Assembly: GCF_001949145.1 (NCBI RefSeq)
Contig: NW_019091356.1
Location: 2,302,932 to 2,366,931 of the forward strand
Direction: 5' to 3'
Length of the DNA stretch: 64,000 nucleotides
DNA from: Acanthaster planci
Lineage: Eukaryota
The position numbers and the translations under genes are program-made. Below, piece after piece: positions 1 through 13,500 of this stretch; positions within the stretch are counted from its first letter, which is position 1; each line of letters begins with the position of its first letter. The notes under the pieces were generated by a model that did not search any database, was not told the origin of the DNA, and saw only the letters and a program-made list of their open reading frames with translations.

Positions 1-1029
1 AAAAATTACAAGTAGAAAGATCTGTAAAGGATTTGCTCTTGGTCAACAATTTTCATAAGCACTGTATATTCAGTGATGTCCTGGGGTATGCGAGCGGAAA
101 AAAAAAATCACAAGTGTGCTCGAGCGAGAATACATGTATCTGCTATGTTTACGTGCTCAGTGTTTTCTACTTTGAAATTCTGAAAACTCGTTCCCTGGAG
201 TGGAAATGCAATTACGGAACATCAAAGCTATTACTAGAACCATTACTAAGAAATAGCAGAACAAAACAACGTATCAAAAAGCTGGTTATTTAAACCACTT
301 GAAAGTGTATTTTTGAAATGTCTGAACTACACAATTGAAGCAAAGAATAAATCACTGTTAGCAGAACACTATAACTACAAGCCGCAACTTTAGGGAGCAA
401 AACCAAAAGGTTGTTAGCGATCTAAATAAAATTTGCCACTTTGGTTTACTTGTCTTCCGAGGCCAAACTTAACCCACAAATAAACTTTTTAAGACAATCC
501 TCTAGGGGTTTTTATCTCAGTAATCTTCACTGTTATTCAGGTTAACAAAAAAGAGGGGTAACTTGACAGGGGTCTACTTTGTTCTCCCTGTCAGCGATCG
601 ACAGCAAACAATCTGGTCGACCTACATCTTGTGGGAGGTCAAAAATGTCAACTGCAGGCTGTTTGCCGAGAAAAAGAGAGATCCGCCCATCCTCTGAGAG
701 AGGAATGCAGTTGTCTCATCATCTCTCGGAGGAAGTGGCTTAATGTCAGGAAGAGGAAGCTAACTAATAAGGAACAAATGGGCCCCGCACTTGGCACTTG
801 CAGCCTGCCAAAGCACTTTGGCGACATGAAGCTCTTGTTTTGTCTTCTTCTGTGTGTCTTTTGGGACCGAGGGCACGGGAAGGTCAGAGAGAACTTGAAC
901 ATGCCGATATGCGCTATGGCAGATAGACCCCTTAGCAAATTAATGCGGGCTTTTTATTGATCATAAAAACAAAAACGTTGGCGGGATCTACAGCGAGGAT
1001 CAGTCTAACTGCTTGGTGACCGACTTTAC

Positions 1030-1062
1030 AGTGACTGGTGTGACATGACAGGTGTCCTTGTG
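1030..1062 (-). CDS. Candidate 33-nt SMAD4 linker microexon (TQGHLSCHTSH)
   Basis: Pyrimidine-rich acceptor tctctcagcattttcag|, donor T|gtaaag, frame-preserving phase 1-1 after the 2133 donor. No homology support. Confidence 0.3.
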
Positions 1063-1256
1063 CTGAAAATGCTGAGAGATAGTGACGATGCAAATGGAAC
1101 AGTGGTCATGGTATGAATGTTAATTGCAAGAATGGCATTTATCCAGATCCCAAGCATTTCTATGTGGTCACTCCGAGAAATTGAAACAAAGGAAGAATTG
1201 GAACAATTTAAAGGACAGACTCTGGTACAATCTGAATGGATCTGTCAAGATAAGGG

Positions 1257-1306
1257 AATTTATAACGGGTTTTGCCCTTACCCAAGGGCAAAACCCGTTA
1301 TAAATT
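1257..1306. repeat. Perfect hairpin, 23-bp arms with a 4-nt loop
   Basis: AATTTATAACGGGTTTTGCCCTT-accc-AAGGGCAAAACCCGTTATAAATT. Confidence 0.9.
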
Positions 1307-2132
1307 AACATCTCCCCAACGCAAAATACATCTTGAAAAAAGAAAGATCAGTGAAGTTACCAACTGAGTGGTTATTCTTGACTGAATCGATGTGAGGAAA
1401 ATTGATGACTAACTGTCCACAAGTAACAAGTTTAACCAATTGGTCTGTTGGTCAAATGACTAAAGATCGAGAGCTCATGAGTCTACAAGGAAAGCTGAGA
1501 GTTGAAAGGCCTTTTCGTCACAGGGATTTTTTTTAAAAAAAGCAACCATCTTGAAAAAACTTTGAGCATAGTTGCTTTGAATAGAAGCCAAAACAATGTT
1601 AAAATAAAATTCGTATTTAAAGAATTCAAACAAAACCTGCAGGATTCACTGTACTGGCATCCTGTCAAAACTTATATGTACATGCAGATACAACAAAGCA
1701 TGTTGATTCACAAATGCCAACAGCCATAAAGATTCGAATTCCAAAAGCTTATAGATGGTTCCTGGTACCTGACAAATATCTCTGCAGGTGAAAGCGGGGA
1801 ACCAGTTTTGTTCTGAACAAATCCAACAATCAGGCCATGTTCAATCACTTAGCCGCGGCTTGAAATTACATGAGTACATGACAGTGGCTGCAGTCAATAC
1901 CCATAGAGTCATGTGTAACAGGGCTTTGGTCTGTGCAACAGCTGTTGGGATCCTTCCAACATGATGAAGGACCTCCCCGATATACAGTGACAGGCACCGC
2001 TGGAACTTGGAAAAAGATTTGTCCAATCTATTTACAGCTGATGTTGCAAGCTGCGTGTATGAGAACTGTGTTTTTTTTCCAAACTCTTCTCTTCTTTGGG
2101 TTTGTTGTTTGTTTTTAACCCTTTGACCTTAC

Positions 2133-2318
2133 TGTGAGGTGCAATCATCCGGCTGAATTCACTCATCTGTGAAGTGGACGGCATGGGTCCGGTGAGGTGC
2201 ATGCGTTGGCCCATGCCCAAAGAGCCGTTGCTGGTGCCAGGCGGGTGGGATATGTTATGCTCCACCTGGACGCACTCGCCACCGAACTCATCTTTGACCA
2301 GTCGGCCTGGTGGGCCTG
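2133..2318 (-). CDS. SMAD4: SMAD4 linker exon
   Basis: 186 nt, (A)GPPGRLVKDEFGGECVQVEHNISHPPGTSNGSLGMGQRMHLTGPMPSTSQMSEFSRMIAPH. LVKDE matches the SMAD4 linker VKDE motif. Acceptor ttttttctccag|, donor A|gtaagg; phase 1-1. Confidence 0.88.
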
Positions 2319-2775
2319 CTGGAGAAAAAAACCCAAAGGCATAAACGAACAATGATTTGATGCGTAGTGTTGTTACAGTGTGGTTTCGGTTCGTGGCCAG
2401 GTTACTTTGAGGGCTTGGCCAATGTCCACATACATGTACTCTTGTCAAAGGACCTATTTAAAGTAAGCAAATGAGAGCTAGCAAACACTTCAAAACAATC
2501 ATGACCGCACCTTAAACAATAAACTGTGCTCCTTTTACATTGTGGGTATCTTCATTCGAATAGTTCAGAATAATTTTTTCACTTGTCGTACAACTAAGAA
2601 GCTTGAACCATCTATCCTGACAAAAATAACATCAAAAATCTGTGAAGTCAGACAAGAGCAAAATGTATTATCCACGAAATGAGTAAAGGAAGGGTTTCAG
2701 CGTATGCTGTTTACTTTTTTCAAGATTCACAGGCAAATAAGTCCATCTTTATACCTGTATTTGACCACTTTTTAA

Positions 2776-3191
2776 CCCCTTCTTGGTGGGAATTTCTTTC
2801 CGAAAGCCGACTCCAAGAATTCCAGCCTTGCTTGGCCACAAAGGCCACCTGCCACACCGCAAATTCTCGGTTTGTGGCCTAGCGTGCTCTGCACGCTTTG
2901 AATTACACGGTGAAAAGGCCGATTGTTCGGTGGAATGCAGCTCTACTCATGCTTCCACATTCCCGTAGCCTCTTTTCAAAGTGAGGACTATTGTGAAGCT
3001 GGTGATTATGATGCAGATTCGGCCTTTTCATTTCTGGGCTACACACAAAGACCAATTACCATATACATAAGAGCCAGGGTCTGCCTTCTTTCACCGTGTT
3101 CGCTCGAGCGTGGGCCGAGAATAATAGCTAAAAAGTGGGCTGAGGATCTCAATTTTTATGGCGTGTTTTAACGCGTCCCGGCGTGAAGGGG
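2776..3191. mobile_element. piggyBac-like non-autonomous element
   Basis: TTAA|CCCCTTC ... GAAGGGG|TTAA ends around a ~415-bp segment with more CpG than its flanks. Confidence 0.55.
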
Positions 3192-5349
3192 TTAAGAATT
3201 TAGGTCAAAAAATACCGGTAGCACTTTGCGTGAGTCTTAGCCTGTGAGTTAACTGAGGAATATGCATACAAAGGTACATGGTGTATTTGAAATAGACATC
3301 CAACCAAGGGCACTTGCAATGAAAAACAGAGCTGCCGCATTTTAATTTGTCAAAATGGTTCCGATCATGTCATTGCCAAGATTTACATGTTCCGTACAAT
3401 TTGGTGTTTCTCACTCTCTGAATAAAACAATATCCATTAGAGTTTCTCCTTCCGTTTTGTCAGAATTCAATTCAGATCACACACAGAATATCACTTCAAT
3501 TGTGACCATAAATGACGAAGAAGAAAAAAAGTTGACAAGAAACATGGCTACAGCTGCACATCGCTATGAAATTAAAGAACTCGATACGAGCCACAAGTAC
3601 CGGTACTGAACATCTGCGTACAGGATGTATGCATACACATACTATATTACCCCAAATGAGTATTCCATGAGAAAAAAAAAGGTATCAAATCACTACTTGC
3701 GATCCCGTAATGCATGTAGTGCGCTGAAGACAGCCGACACAGGCCAACCGCATAACCCACATTTAGACATGTACATGTTCCTACACGCTGGCTATAATAC
3801 GTTTATTTGATATGCATGAGTCATGAACAGTCAGAGTGGGAAAGAGAAAAAAAAAAGACTCGAGGGGAAGGGAAAAAAAGAAAGAAAAGAATGCCAGTGT
3901 GCAGTCGTGCATCTGGGCACCCTGAGCGGATCAATATTCCTTAAGGGCTCCATTCGTGGTCAAATACTTTGATATCAAGAATAGTCCTCTCGCTCATTCG
4001 GGTACTGTACTGTAGTCAGACGGTGCACGTGCTTTGATGATGGAGGGCCAACTCAACAGTCAATTTGATATCAACGTTTTCTGCCACAAATCCTTGTGTG
4101 CGCTACTGAAATGGCACGCAGAGAAACCTGTGTGCAGTAGGCGTCAAGCGCCTGGTCTTCGAAGAAATTTGACGGACACAGCACTGAAGGGCCCAGGTAT
4201 TTTCAATGGACTGGGTTTGCCTACATGTGTGGTTAACAATGTGAGTGGTGTTCAGTAGGTTTTAAGAGGTTCTACGCAAAAGCACTAAATTCTGAAAATG
4301 GTCACAAGAAGAAATATCCCATACCACACCACAAAACTGTACAGGACTAGGTGTGACCGAACTAGTATACATTTCTTTCTACCTCTCAGAGCCAGAACTT
4401 GACTTTGTGTCCATAAGACCTGTACATGTAAACTGTATAAATATGGCTGGAATCTTACGCATCCTGCCAGTTGCTAAGTTCTTATACACAGTGCTCTTTA
4501 ACGATGAAGGCCAACTTTCAAGATAGGAAACAGCTACAGCAATCACTTGGCAGGTCCACCTTGGCTCAAATTTCATACCAGCATGGTGTGAGCCGTGAAC
4601 CCAGAGACCTCTGTATGGATCCGTTTCCTAAACACCAAAAACCCAGGGATCTGGGCCAACTTGTTATCGGGAGAGACAGAAAAAAAAATTTGAAAAAAAA
4701 GAAAAGAACATAAATCATTACGGGAAAAAACTTGGCCAAGCTGCACTGATCCATCCAGCCCGCATCGTGACCGAGGTGTTGACTTATACAGCGGCAACAT
4801 TGGGGAGGGTGCCGCAAGACATGGGCTCCATGGAGTGAGGAGTGGAATCGGGGACCGATCATTTAATTCCCTGAACAAATGGATGTGAGTAGCTTCACGT
4901 ACGCGACCCAGAAATGGTAATTATGTAGGCCATAGCCTTGAGAGCTGTGAAAACAGGAGTGGCCAACTCCAGTTGAGGATTTTTCTTTTTTTACGGCAAG
5001 GTCACACTTTGTGACAAAGACCATTCTGACAGGTACATACATGTACGTATCAAATCAATGCCCTAGTTTCAAAAAAAGGGACAATAGAAACATTTACACG
5101 TTTCAATGAAAGGCATTTTAATGGTTACTTTTTACAATTAGAACTCAAAATCAATAAACTTAAGTACAGAAAGTTTGCATTTTCTTCGTAAAATTATAAC
5201 TGCACGAGGACTAGGTAAACTGGTCTATTTCTGCATAATTTATTAACACAGTGTACAAATAAACTCTCTCATTTCACACAAAAAAGTAACCCGAATCGAT
5301 CGATGAAAAAAAATCATTGACAGAACAAACACCAAAGTTTGTCACTTAC

Positions 5350-5379
5350 CCGTCTGCTGCAGAGTCAAGCCAGACAAAT
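5350..5379 (-). CDS. SMAD4: SMAD4 30-nt microexon encoding the nuclear export signal core (DLSGLTLQQT)
   Basis: tttcag|ATTTGTCTGGCTTGACTCTGCAGCAGACGG|gtaagt; phase 1-1; continues ...SPGI-DLSGLTLQ as in SMAD4 orthologues. Confidence 0.93.
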
Positions 5380-7203
5380 CTGAAATTCAAGAGAGAAAAA
5401 AAAAGGAAAAATGGTAACATTTAATAACACCGTACTATTAGAAAGATACAGATACTTAGCATTATTCATTTCTTGTGTTTTATGAAATGACTGTTTTACA
5501 TTTTGGGGGAGGGGCCCGGTTGGGGGTGGGTAATTGCAGGCAGAAATGAATGAAGAGGGGAGGTGTTATGTTATGAAAAGCTACTTTCAAAGAATTTCTT
5601 ACGTTTCAGTGAGTTAACACATTACTGGCAATCGTGGCACAGTGGAGGTTCTTCTGAGGCATTGCCGACAGATAATTTCTCATGGCAGGTGCATAAGGTG
5701 AACCCCAAGAAACTTGCTCGGTGGACAGACAAGTTCAAAACATACCGGGTATGAAGTCAGAGTTCAGTTGTTTTGATTGAGCAAGTGAAATTTTTCAGAA
5801 CCTCCCTTGGGGTTTTAAAAAAAAAAAAGTACCTGGACCTTCAAGAAGTTCTATAGGAAGAGCATTTATCTTCTCGTTGAATCTTTTCTACCTTGGAGCT
5901 TTTTGTTTTTCCCTTTTCCATCTTAGGAGTATACATTGAACATGGCTACGTAAACATTCAAGTTCCCAACATGTTCCAACTTTTCACACTGCAGTTTCCC
6001 AAACAACACAGCAAAAGCAGACTGCGTGCACCACACTGCTCAGATTAAGGCTCCAGTCAGCCGGCGACTCTGTGGGAGACTAAACCAGCCCTGCTGAATG
6101 CACTTCCTGGAAAGGGAATCTATCGCTTGAGTGATTTCATTGTCTGCGATCCCCCACAGGAGCTGCCTTGCCAGTCTCAAGGCTGCGTTGGTTTCTTATG
6201 CATACACATAAAGGGTTTCCTCCAATATTAAGCTAAGCCTCTTATTCATATTTCTGTTGAGCCGGCTTTCTTTTTTCCTGATGCATATGTGCAAATTAAA
6301 ATGGCCAAAAGCAATATGTGCATCTCCATGTATCGGTGCATGTACATACATGTACATGTACAGTAAGTCTTAGTCCCACTGTACATGTACATGTAAGTCT
6401 TTATTTCCACAATCAGGTATTACACATGTCACCATCTGCCTGGGGACACTCCAACACTATTTTCCCATTCACAAACTTTGCCATTGCTGGGTTTCAACGT
6501 AAAGCATATAACACGCTTTACACATTAACACTTCATTCAAGTACATTTCAAACGACTATCAATTCAGCAATGGATTTGGCCAAATGTCACCTGATCCAAG
6601 AATATGAGTCTCATAGACCTTTTCCAGTCATCAACTGTCCTCATGCACAAGAGCTCGGAAAACACTCTGCTTTCCATGGTAAAATATGACACAATATGAC
6701 ATCATGATGAAAGAAAATAATGTGAGGGTGAAAACCCTCTACAGAGGGTTTGCATGGCTGCCACCCAGCAGGCTGGTGCTTTTGTTTCACAGGGTATGCA
6801 CAAAGGAGGCTTCCATGTGGTACTAAAGACCTGCACTGCAAGATGGCTACCACGCAAAACCTCTATTACAGTAGAAGGAATGCGTACCCAGTTAGAAAGG
6901 TTCAACAGCTTGTGGTTAGAGTTTAGCATACTATGATGATTTTACAGACTTCAAGAATATTTTATTGGAACACACAGAGCATGCATAATTAGAATCGCCA
7001 TAATTTCAACTGCAGAATTGTTCAGGAATACGGCAGAACCTCAACAACTTGCTTTTTCTTAAAAATGAGAATTGACCAGCGGTAAAATGAGAATTGACCA
7101 GCGGTGAAATGAAAGAGACCTTTTTACTCTACACGTCCACGTAAGTCCTCAGTTTTTCACTTGGAGACTAGAGAAGAACACCTCAGACAGAATCGCTTCT
7201 CAC

Positions 7204-7378
7204 CTATGCCCGGCGACACAATCCTTTCGTAATGGTAAGGATTGACGCACACGCTGTCACACTTCAGGTCAAAGGCGTACTGGCAGAACTTGAGGTGCTT
7301 GAGCTCGTTCTTGTGGAGGTCCGGCCAGCGCCAAATCCGTGCATAGATGACGTGGGGAAAACCCTTCCTGCCAGCAAC
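7204..7378 (-). CDS. SMAD4: SMAD4 coding exon 2 (C-terminal half of MH1, Zn-binding Cys/His)
   Basis: 175 nt, [58 protein letters not shown]; acceptor ggacag|, donor G|gtgaga; phase 0 to 1. Confidence 0.97.
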
Positions 7379-10369
7379 CTGTCCAGCACCAACCAAAACG
7401 GGGGGGGGAGGGCAAAAAACAGCAAGGGTTAGAATTCTGTCCCTGCATACTTGCAAGTGTGTCGGAATTCCTTGAAAAACTGACCAAGGCTGAGGTTGAC
7501 CATGGGCGTGGTACTCATTCTCGTCCTTTGAGCTGATTTGAAGAACTTTTTCTAGTGCTTGTGCATGTACTCATGCTCGTGGAAACAGTGCTCGTACTCG
7601 CATGAAAACTGGGGACAAAAACATCATGCAAAATACGATGTCCCAAACCTGTCAAAACTTTGCAATTCAAAGTACATGTAAAGCGCTCAATAACCATCTA
7701 GGTAAATTCACACCACTTATGTCAGCGTCTCTGATCTTCTTCCTGGAAAAATTGCCTCCTCGCCCAAACATCCTGACCTCTTCCTACCATCCGCCCTGAT
7801 TAGAATCCCAGATGACTTGTTTGGGCATTTCAGAGTGCCCTGTCTCATTAGTTCTTCTTTGAGATCACTTCCTCTCTCCCGCCCACAAACATCCGGCCTC
7901 TCACGTGGGCACTGCCCAGTGACATCCCATCTCCCTCCTCCCTCCAATAACAATCAGACATGCACCTGTTCAGCTGACTAGACAAGCTAAGTTGGGAAGT
8001 ACTTGTACATGTGCATTCCTGTAATCAAGGCACATGTCAACAGTGTTGACGGAGAGCTGAACTGAACTGAATTTGCCACTGACTGACCAGGTAAATTTGC
8101 CATTCCCGCCCCCCCTAAAAGAAATTTCAGGACATTTATTTATCATTTTGTACTGAAACATAATGCGCCTTTATAAGGAATGTTTTATAGAGTAGTTCTA
8201 AATGTTTACTCCAAGTACAGTATACCGGTAGACTGGTCAATGGTACTTTTAAGCAGTAATTATAGCCAGGGGTTTAGGTAACATGCGTATTGGCGTATGC
8301 ACGCTTCCCAACTTGGAAATTTAGTCAAAATACACAGCATAAAACCTCATGCAGAACGTAAAATATGCAGTGATTTCCACCACAGAAAGAGTAACATAAG
8401 TTTCCATATTTTTCATATTTCGTCAATTAGGCCCTGTCCGACAGAGTAACATTCATAGTGGACGCTACTGAAACTGATTTGTTCATGTTCGTCTGCGTAC
8501 AGCTTTTCCTGCTGCTCTGTGCATAACCATGATAAAGGTATTCAGAAAATCCTGAAATTAGCAGGAAATACCCAAAGCGAAACGTGTTATAGACTAAAAT
8601 GGGCTACTGCATACGCATTGTAAGTATGGATCCTTTTTGAGTACAAAAACATGTCACCAGACTCCCCAAAGACACGATGCAGTAAAATCGATTTCTAGCC
8701 CATGGGGACCACACTATTTTCTTTGATTTTTGCATGAATTGATAGGGTTTGAGTTGCCTGAACTCCTCATTGAAAGTTCTGCAAAAAAAGTTTTCGGCAA
8801 GTTTTGATCCGCTAAACACAGACATTTTTTCTAGTGGCATTTTAGAGGCTTTCCGGTACATCTGCAAGAAACCAGGAATCAGTTTTGGAAAATTTGAGTC
8901 TGAAACACCTTAGACAGACAGAGGTTTAGATCGTGAGTGTGAGTGTATTTGACCGCCGATCGATGAAGTGCACCCTGATTTTCTGAATGGCCACTGCTGG
9001 GTGTGTGCGCACAGCGGCCAGTCAACATGGCATCCGAGCCCAGTAGCTGAGTAGCCTCACATGTGCCAACGTACACAGGTGGATACGGGCTTACAGTGTA
9101 TGTGATTTTTTGTCTTTGGTGTCAGGAGTGCATGGTTATCACTAAGCACTGATTTCTTACTGTGTTTTTCAAGAGAAATTACTAAGGCAAAATGACATAC
9201 TTGTCTAATAATTCTCAGTTCCTCTACCTCTTAGGGGGTACAGTCCTCCACCTCTCCTGAAGAAGAAGAGTATAATACGAAACCACACTGAGGGCCAAAG
9301 AGTACTGTACTCTACGCAAGAGAGTGGGTATTGTACTCATGGCTTAGAGAAAATTTTCTAAACCCTTGTATCAGTGTAAGCCAGAAATGCCCGGTAACTT
9401 GTACAAGGGCAGGTATCTTAAACGTAGTTTCTCATCTCTCATCTGTAGCCTACTGCTTTGTTTCCAAAACATGTTTTGTATTTATTGCTAGCTGCATTCC
9501 ATTCTCCAAAAGGACTAACCAAAGTTAATACAGATATGCAAACGTGCACATTATGAACAGTAGAGTACTTGTGCCGCTGTTGTAAGGCCAGCTACCAAAA
9601 AAAATATCTTCACAAAATCAAACACCCCTGAAAGAATTACAAATTCCACTACCTAGCTTCAGACAAATAAATCACGGGCAGAGAAATAAACAACTGTGCA
9701 TGCTGACCGATTCCTTAACTTCGTCCCTCTACCGGGAGGAAAAAAAACCTACATGTTGATTTCAATTTCAATCTGCATTCGATCTCAGTCAATGGGGGGG
9801 TGCAAGAGAGCGATCAACGAAATCCATCAAACGCATGTGATGAATTCTCTGACCAATCCGGCAGACAGACACCCCCCCCAAATAAAAGGCACTTTCTCAA
9901 GCAGGCAAGGGAAATCAAAGCTCTGCTGTACCAAAGAGCCTGCTCCAGTAACAGTTCAGTGTTTTTTTTTTTCATATCTCTCCGAGCTCTCTCTCTCTCT
10001 CTGCGAGCTCCCTGCCACTGTGACCAGCACCAGACACGTGGGCACCATGGCTCCAGTGAGCTGCAGTTTCTTGGCGGGGACAGGCCTGGCATGTTATTTA
10101 CCACCACACATCCATTACTGACAATTTCTTAGGCTGGGGACTGAGCAGAACTGGTTAAACTACCGGACGCCCTGTTTACACTTGGCTATGGAGAAATGCA
10201 GCGTGCAAGGACACAGTCTGCGGTGAACTTGAATTTTAAACACATGAAAACACGTGATGTTATGATGCATGTAAAATCTGTTTTATGAATACGAGCCTGT
10301 ATACATAGGTCGTTTGTTTCTTTACCCTGACTTTCTTCATCTGGTCTCAACAAAGTTCCAATGGAAAGC

Positions 10370-10519
10370 AGGTTTGCGGTAGCACCATGGACATATCTCT
10401 TTTGTGAGTATTTGCAGTTCTGATAGGAACCAGTGGTACTCGACGTTTTGAGCAGTATGTTCTTTTCAGAACCGCAAATACTCACAAAAGAGATACGTCC
10501 GTGGTGCTACCGCAAACCT
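10370..10519. mobile_element. Foldback/MITE-like long inverted repeat
   Basis: AGGTTTGCGGTAGCACCATGGACATATCTCTTTTGTGAGTATTTGCAGTTCTGA pairs with TCAGAACCGCAAATACTCACAAAAGAGATACGTCCGTGGTGCTACCGCAAACCT (~55-bp arms, few mismatches). Confidence 0.75.
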
Positions 10520-13500
10520 ATTTTTCTATTATACCTCTTCACCATGCAAACCTTCAAGACTTATCTAAAGTTCCAATGTCTCTCATTGCGCAACATGCAT
10601 GTACATGTATGCACGGGAAATCTGAACTGCGCACATTTCAAAATTATACAAAGTGTAGTAGAGTTTTGAATTTTGTTTTTAACAAAAAAAACCCAAACAA
10701 CTGACTGTTTAGAAGTTGGCTGTCAAGACACTGTAGAAACAGTGTTTGGCAAGCCTTGAACCTCTCAAATTTAAGGTCACCAAACAATGTATGCAAACCA
10801 TGCCACACTCAAAGCCTATAATTCATAATTACACTGCTTATTGTTTAACCATCTCCCATAATAAGTGTCCACTCCATCAGCATGTACATGTACATGTAGG
10901 CCTATCTAAAGCAAGCTGAACATGCATATTTATTAGGTTTTGCTATCTTTTCTTGCTTTGACATTCCAGCAATACTCCTAGCCTTTGTTCCTATGTGCTA
11001 CAATGAGGAAACAGCTGTTCTGAAACACACTGTAAGATTAATCCTCAAAAGCCTTGCACATGCTCCTCTCCATCCAAATTTGGTGCACCAAGCCATGATT
11101 AATTCTGAAGTGTACTCCTCAACCCACAGACAGCAAAGTCACTCTTCAGCTCCATTCAATAAAAATGGAGCTGGGCAGTTGGGGCACAGGTCCTCCCCTC
11201 CTCTTGTTCCCATGGATCCCTTGATCAGGTTTCTTGGAAAGGTGGATTCAGTGCAAAGCTGCAGGCTGTATCAAGATCATTCGTGCGGCATTAGAGCGGA
11301 CTACAAGACTGACATTGGTTGCCCAACAACTGCCTTGAATTCACTTTGTGCGCGACCAGTGTAATCCTCAAACAGCACCTGACTGAGAGGTCACGATTAC
11401 ATTTACAAGTGCACCGTGAAGACCCCTGGCACCATGAACCTGCAGTAGCAACCAATGTGCTACAGATTTGCCAAATTACTCACACACACTCCACAGCCCA
11501 CACCACATGCGTGCCAAGAAGTACACGTGTGCGGCAATGACATGTCAACTCATCAAGGAATATGCCTGACTGATGGTCACTGACTTCAACCGTTTCATGA
11601 TTTGTCTCCTTTCTTGAACGTTAATTGTGAAACAACCTGCTCAGGCCATTCAATACCGGTAGCGTGGCTAATGTACTTGCACTGAGCTGACCTGCACACT
11701 ACTTGTGCCTTAGAGAGACCCGCATCATAATGAATCTCGTCGCAGTGGAAACGGAGCAGAGAATTCTGTGCGCTGACCCAACAGGTGCATGTACACTGTG
11801 AAATGGTGCACGTCAGAAACTTGTTTGCAGTTTGCACAGGAAAAACGAGGAAGTTCCCCCAAACGGAGTTGTGTGGCAAAAGCGGTGGTATTTGGGGGGG
11901 GGCCCAAATCAGAGACCCCTTCCCTCCTCCCCCCCCAGAAAAACACCGCCAAGTCTTGAGGACATCACGGCTTCTGTTTTGTGCAAGAATGTGCCAAACA
12001 GATGCTGTTTTAATCAGCACAAGCGGTGAATCATTTCCTATGTTGGTAAACTGGACGTCAAAACAAAATGACTTTCTTGATGAATCTGGATTGCAAAGAA
12101 AACCTAAGCACTTAATTGCGATACTAAAAGCACATGTACGGTACATGTATACAGGGTGTGACCTAACAAACATTTTAGAAACAATTTTTCTTTTCAACTC
12201 CTAGTCTTGAACAAAATGAATACAGAATGTAATCAATTTCAAACTCCGTCACACAGTTTACACATTTGCATTAACTGCAATATGGTCTAACCAATACACT
12301 ATTTTGCCTGAGTTCTGTCTTCGTGTCCATTAACCGCGTGCACATGACCGCTTTTGTTCTAGTAGCCTTGCAATACATGTACATATCCCGATGCCATATT
12401 GCACGCTTTCAGACAACCAGTTCAGGTCCTTTTTTTTTTAATTCTTTCGACAGCAGCTTCCTTCCTGTCTAGTCTGTGGCTGTACTTTATTTGTATTCAC
12501 AAACAAATACATGTATCCAGTTCCTTTTTTGTGTGATTTTTTTTTAAATTTCTGTTTGATCATTTGGTTTTTTAGGGGGGTCGTATTGGTTTTAGGGGTA
12601 GAAGGTCTTTGATCTGGGGATTTTTTTGGGGGGGACTCTAATTTTTGAGTGGTCAATCCAAATTTTTCTTGCTGTATGTAACTGCTCAGGATAATATCCA
12701 CCGTTTGTAAATGTTCACCATTATTGAAAATGGTAGCTTGTGTTTAAAACCTTGCATGATCTCATTTGTACCAATGCAACGTGTGCATGCTCGTTCCCAC
12801 ATCTGGTTTAAAGCACACTCACCTCTGGCTCACATTTAAGCATGCGGTTTGCTTACAAGTACATCCTTTGTTCATTACATTACATTACATTACATATTTG
12901 CTCTGTACAAACATATAGAGTACAAAAAAGTCTGTAGGAGCAGAACTTGTGCTGAACTTGAACGTGGCCGCTGTGCAGGGTGGAAGCAAATATCGCTCTG
13001 ACACGAACAACTGCACCCAAGAGTATCGAAAAATATGAGGTTGCAGTGAGAAATAGCAAACAAATGCTGTTCCAAAGACTCAGGCGAATTAGTTGTGATG
13101 GCACTGGCCGTGCATCAGAAGTTGGCCGCCATATCTCGCCTTTGTCGAAAATCAAAGTTTGTGGCCAAAGACATTGCCGTTGGCAAGTGGTTCAGGGCCC
13201 CTGAAATTGGCCCCTTGTAGGAACACGTCCCGGTTTCCTTTCTCTCCCTCCCCCCGACCCCCGGCCTCTCGTTATCCCTTTTCTCGGCAATGCGCACGGC
13301 TCCAATCCCACCGTCCCCTGTTTCTGTCAATCAGCAGACTGCTGGATCAAAGCATGGCTGGCTTGTGCCCCCCTCCCCCCCTACAAAAACAGGAAAATTA
13401 TCAAATAATGCTCCCCTGGCCTAAATTAATCACATCCTCTTCTTGCTAAATTGCCCACACGGGCTGGAGTGCATGCTGTGCGTGACTGGAGGTCGTTGTG

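Noticed and set aside
4573..4878. GC-richer patch with acceptor ttgttcag| in a SMAD4 intron
   Set aside because: In the required phase 1 it reads GGG AAT TAA (immediate stop), has no good donor and no SMAD similarity. A poison exon cannot be excluded but is unsupported.
6320..6400. TACATG-rich cluster
   Set aside because: The motif is scattered through the whole window and looks like a genome-wide simple-sequence bias, not a locus-specific signal.
11595..12204. Overlapping 200-aa and 139-aa ORFs in a SMAD4 intron
   Set aside because: No recognisable domain; G/C-run repeat-like sequence; no consistent splice signals.
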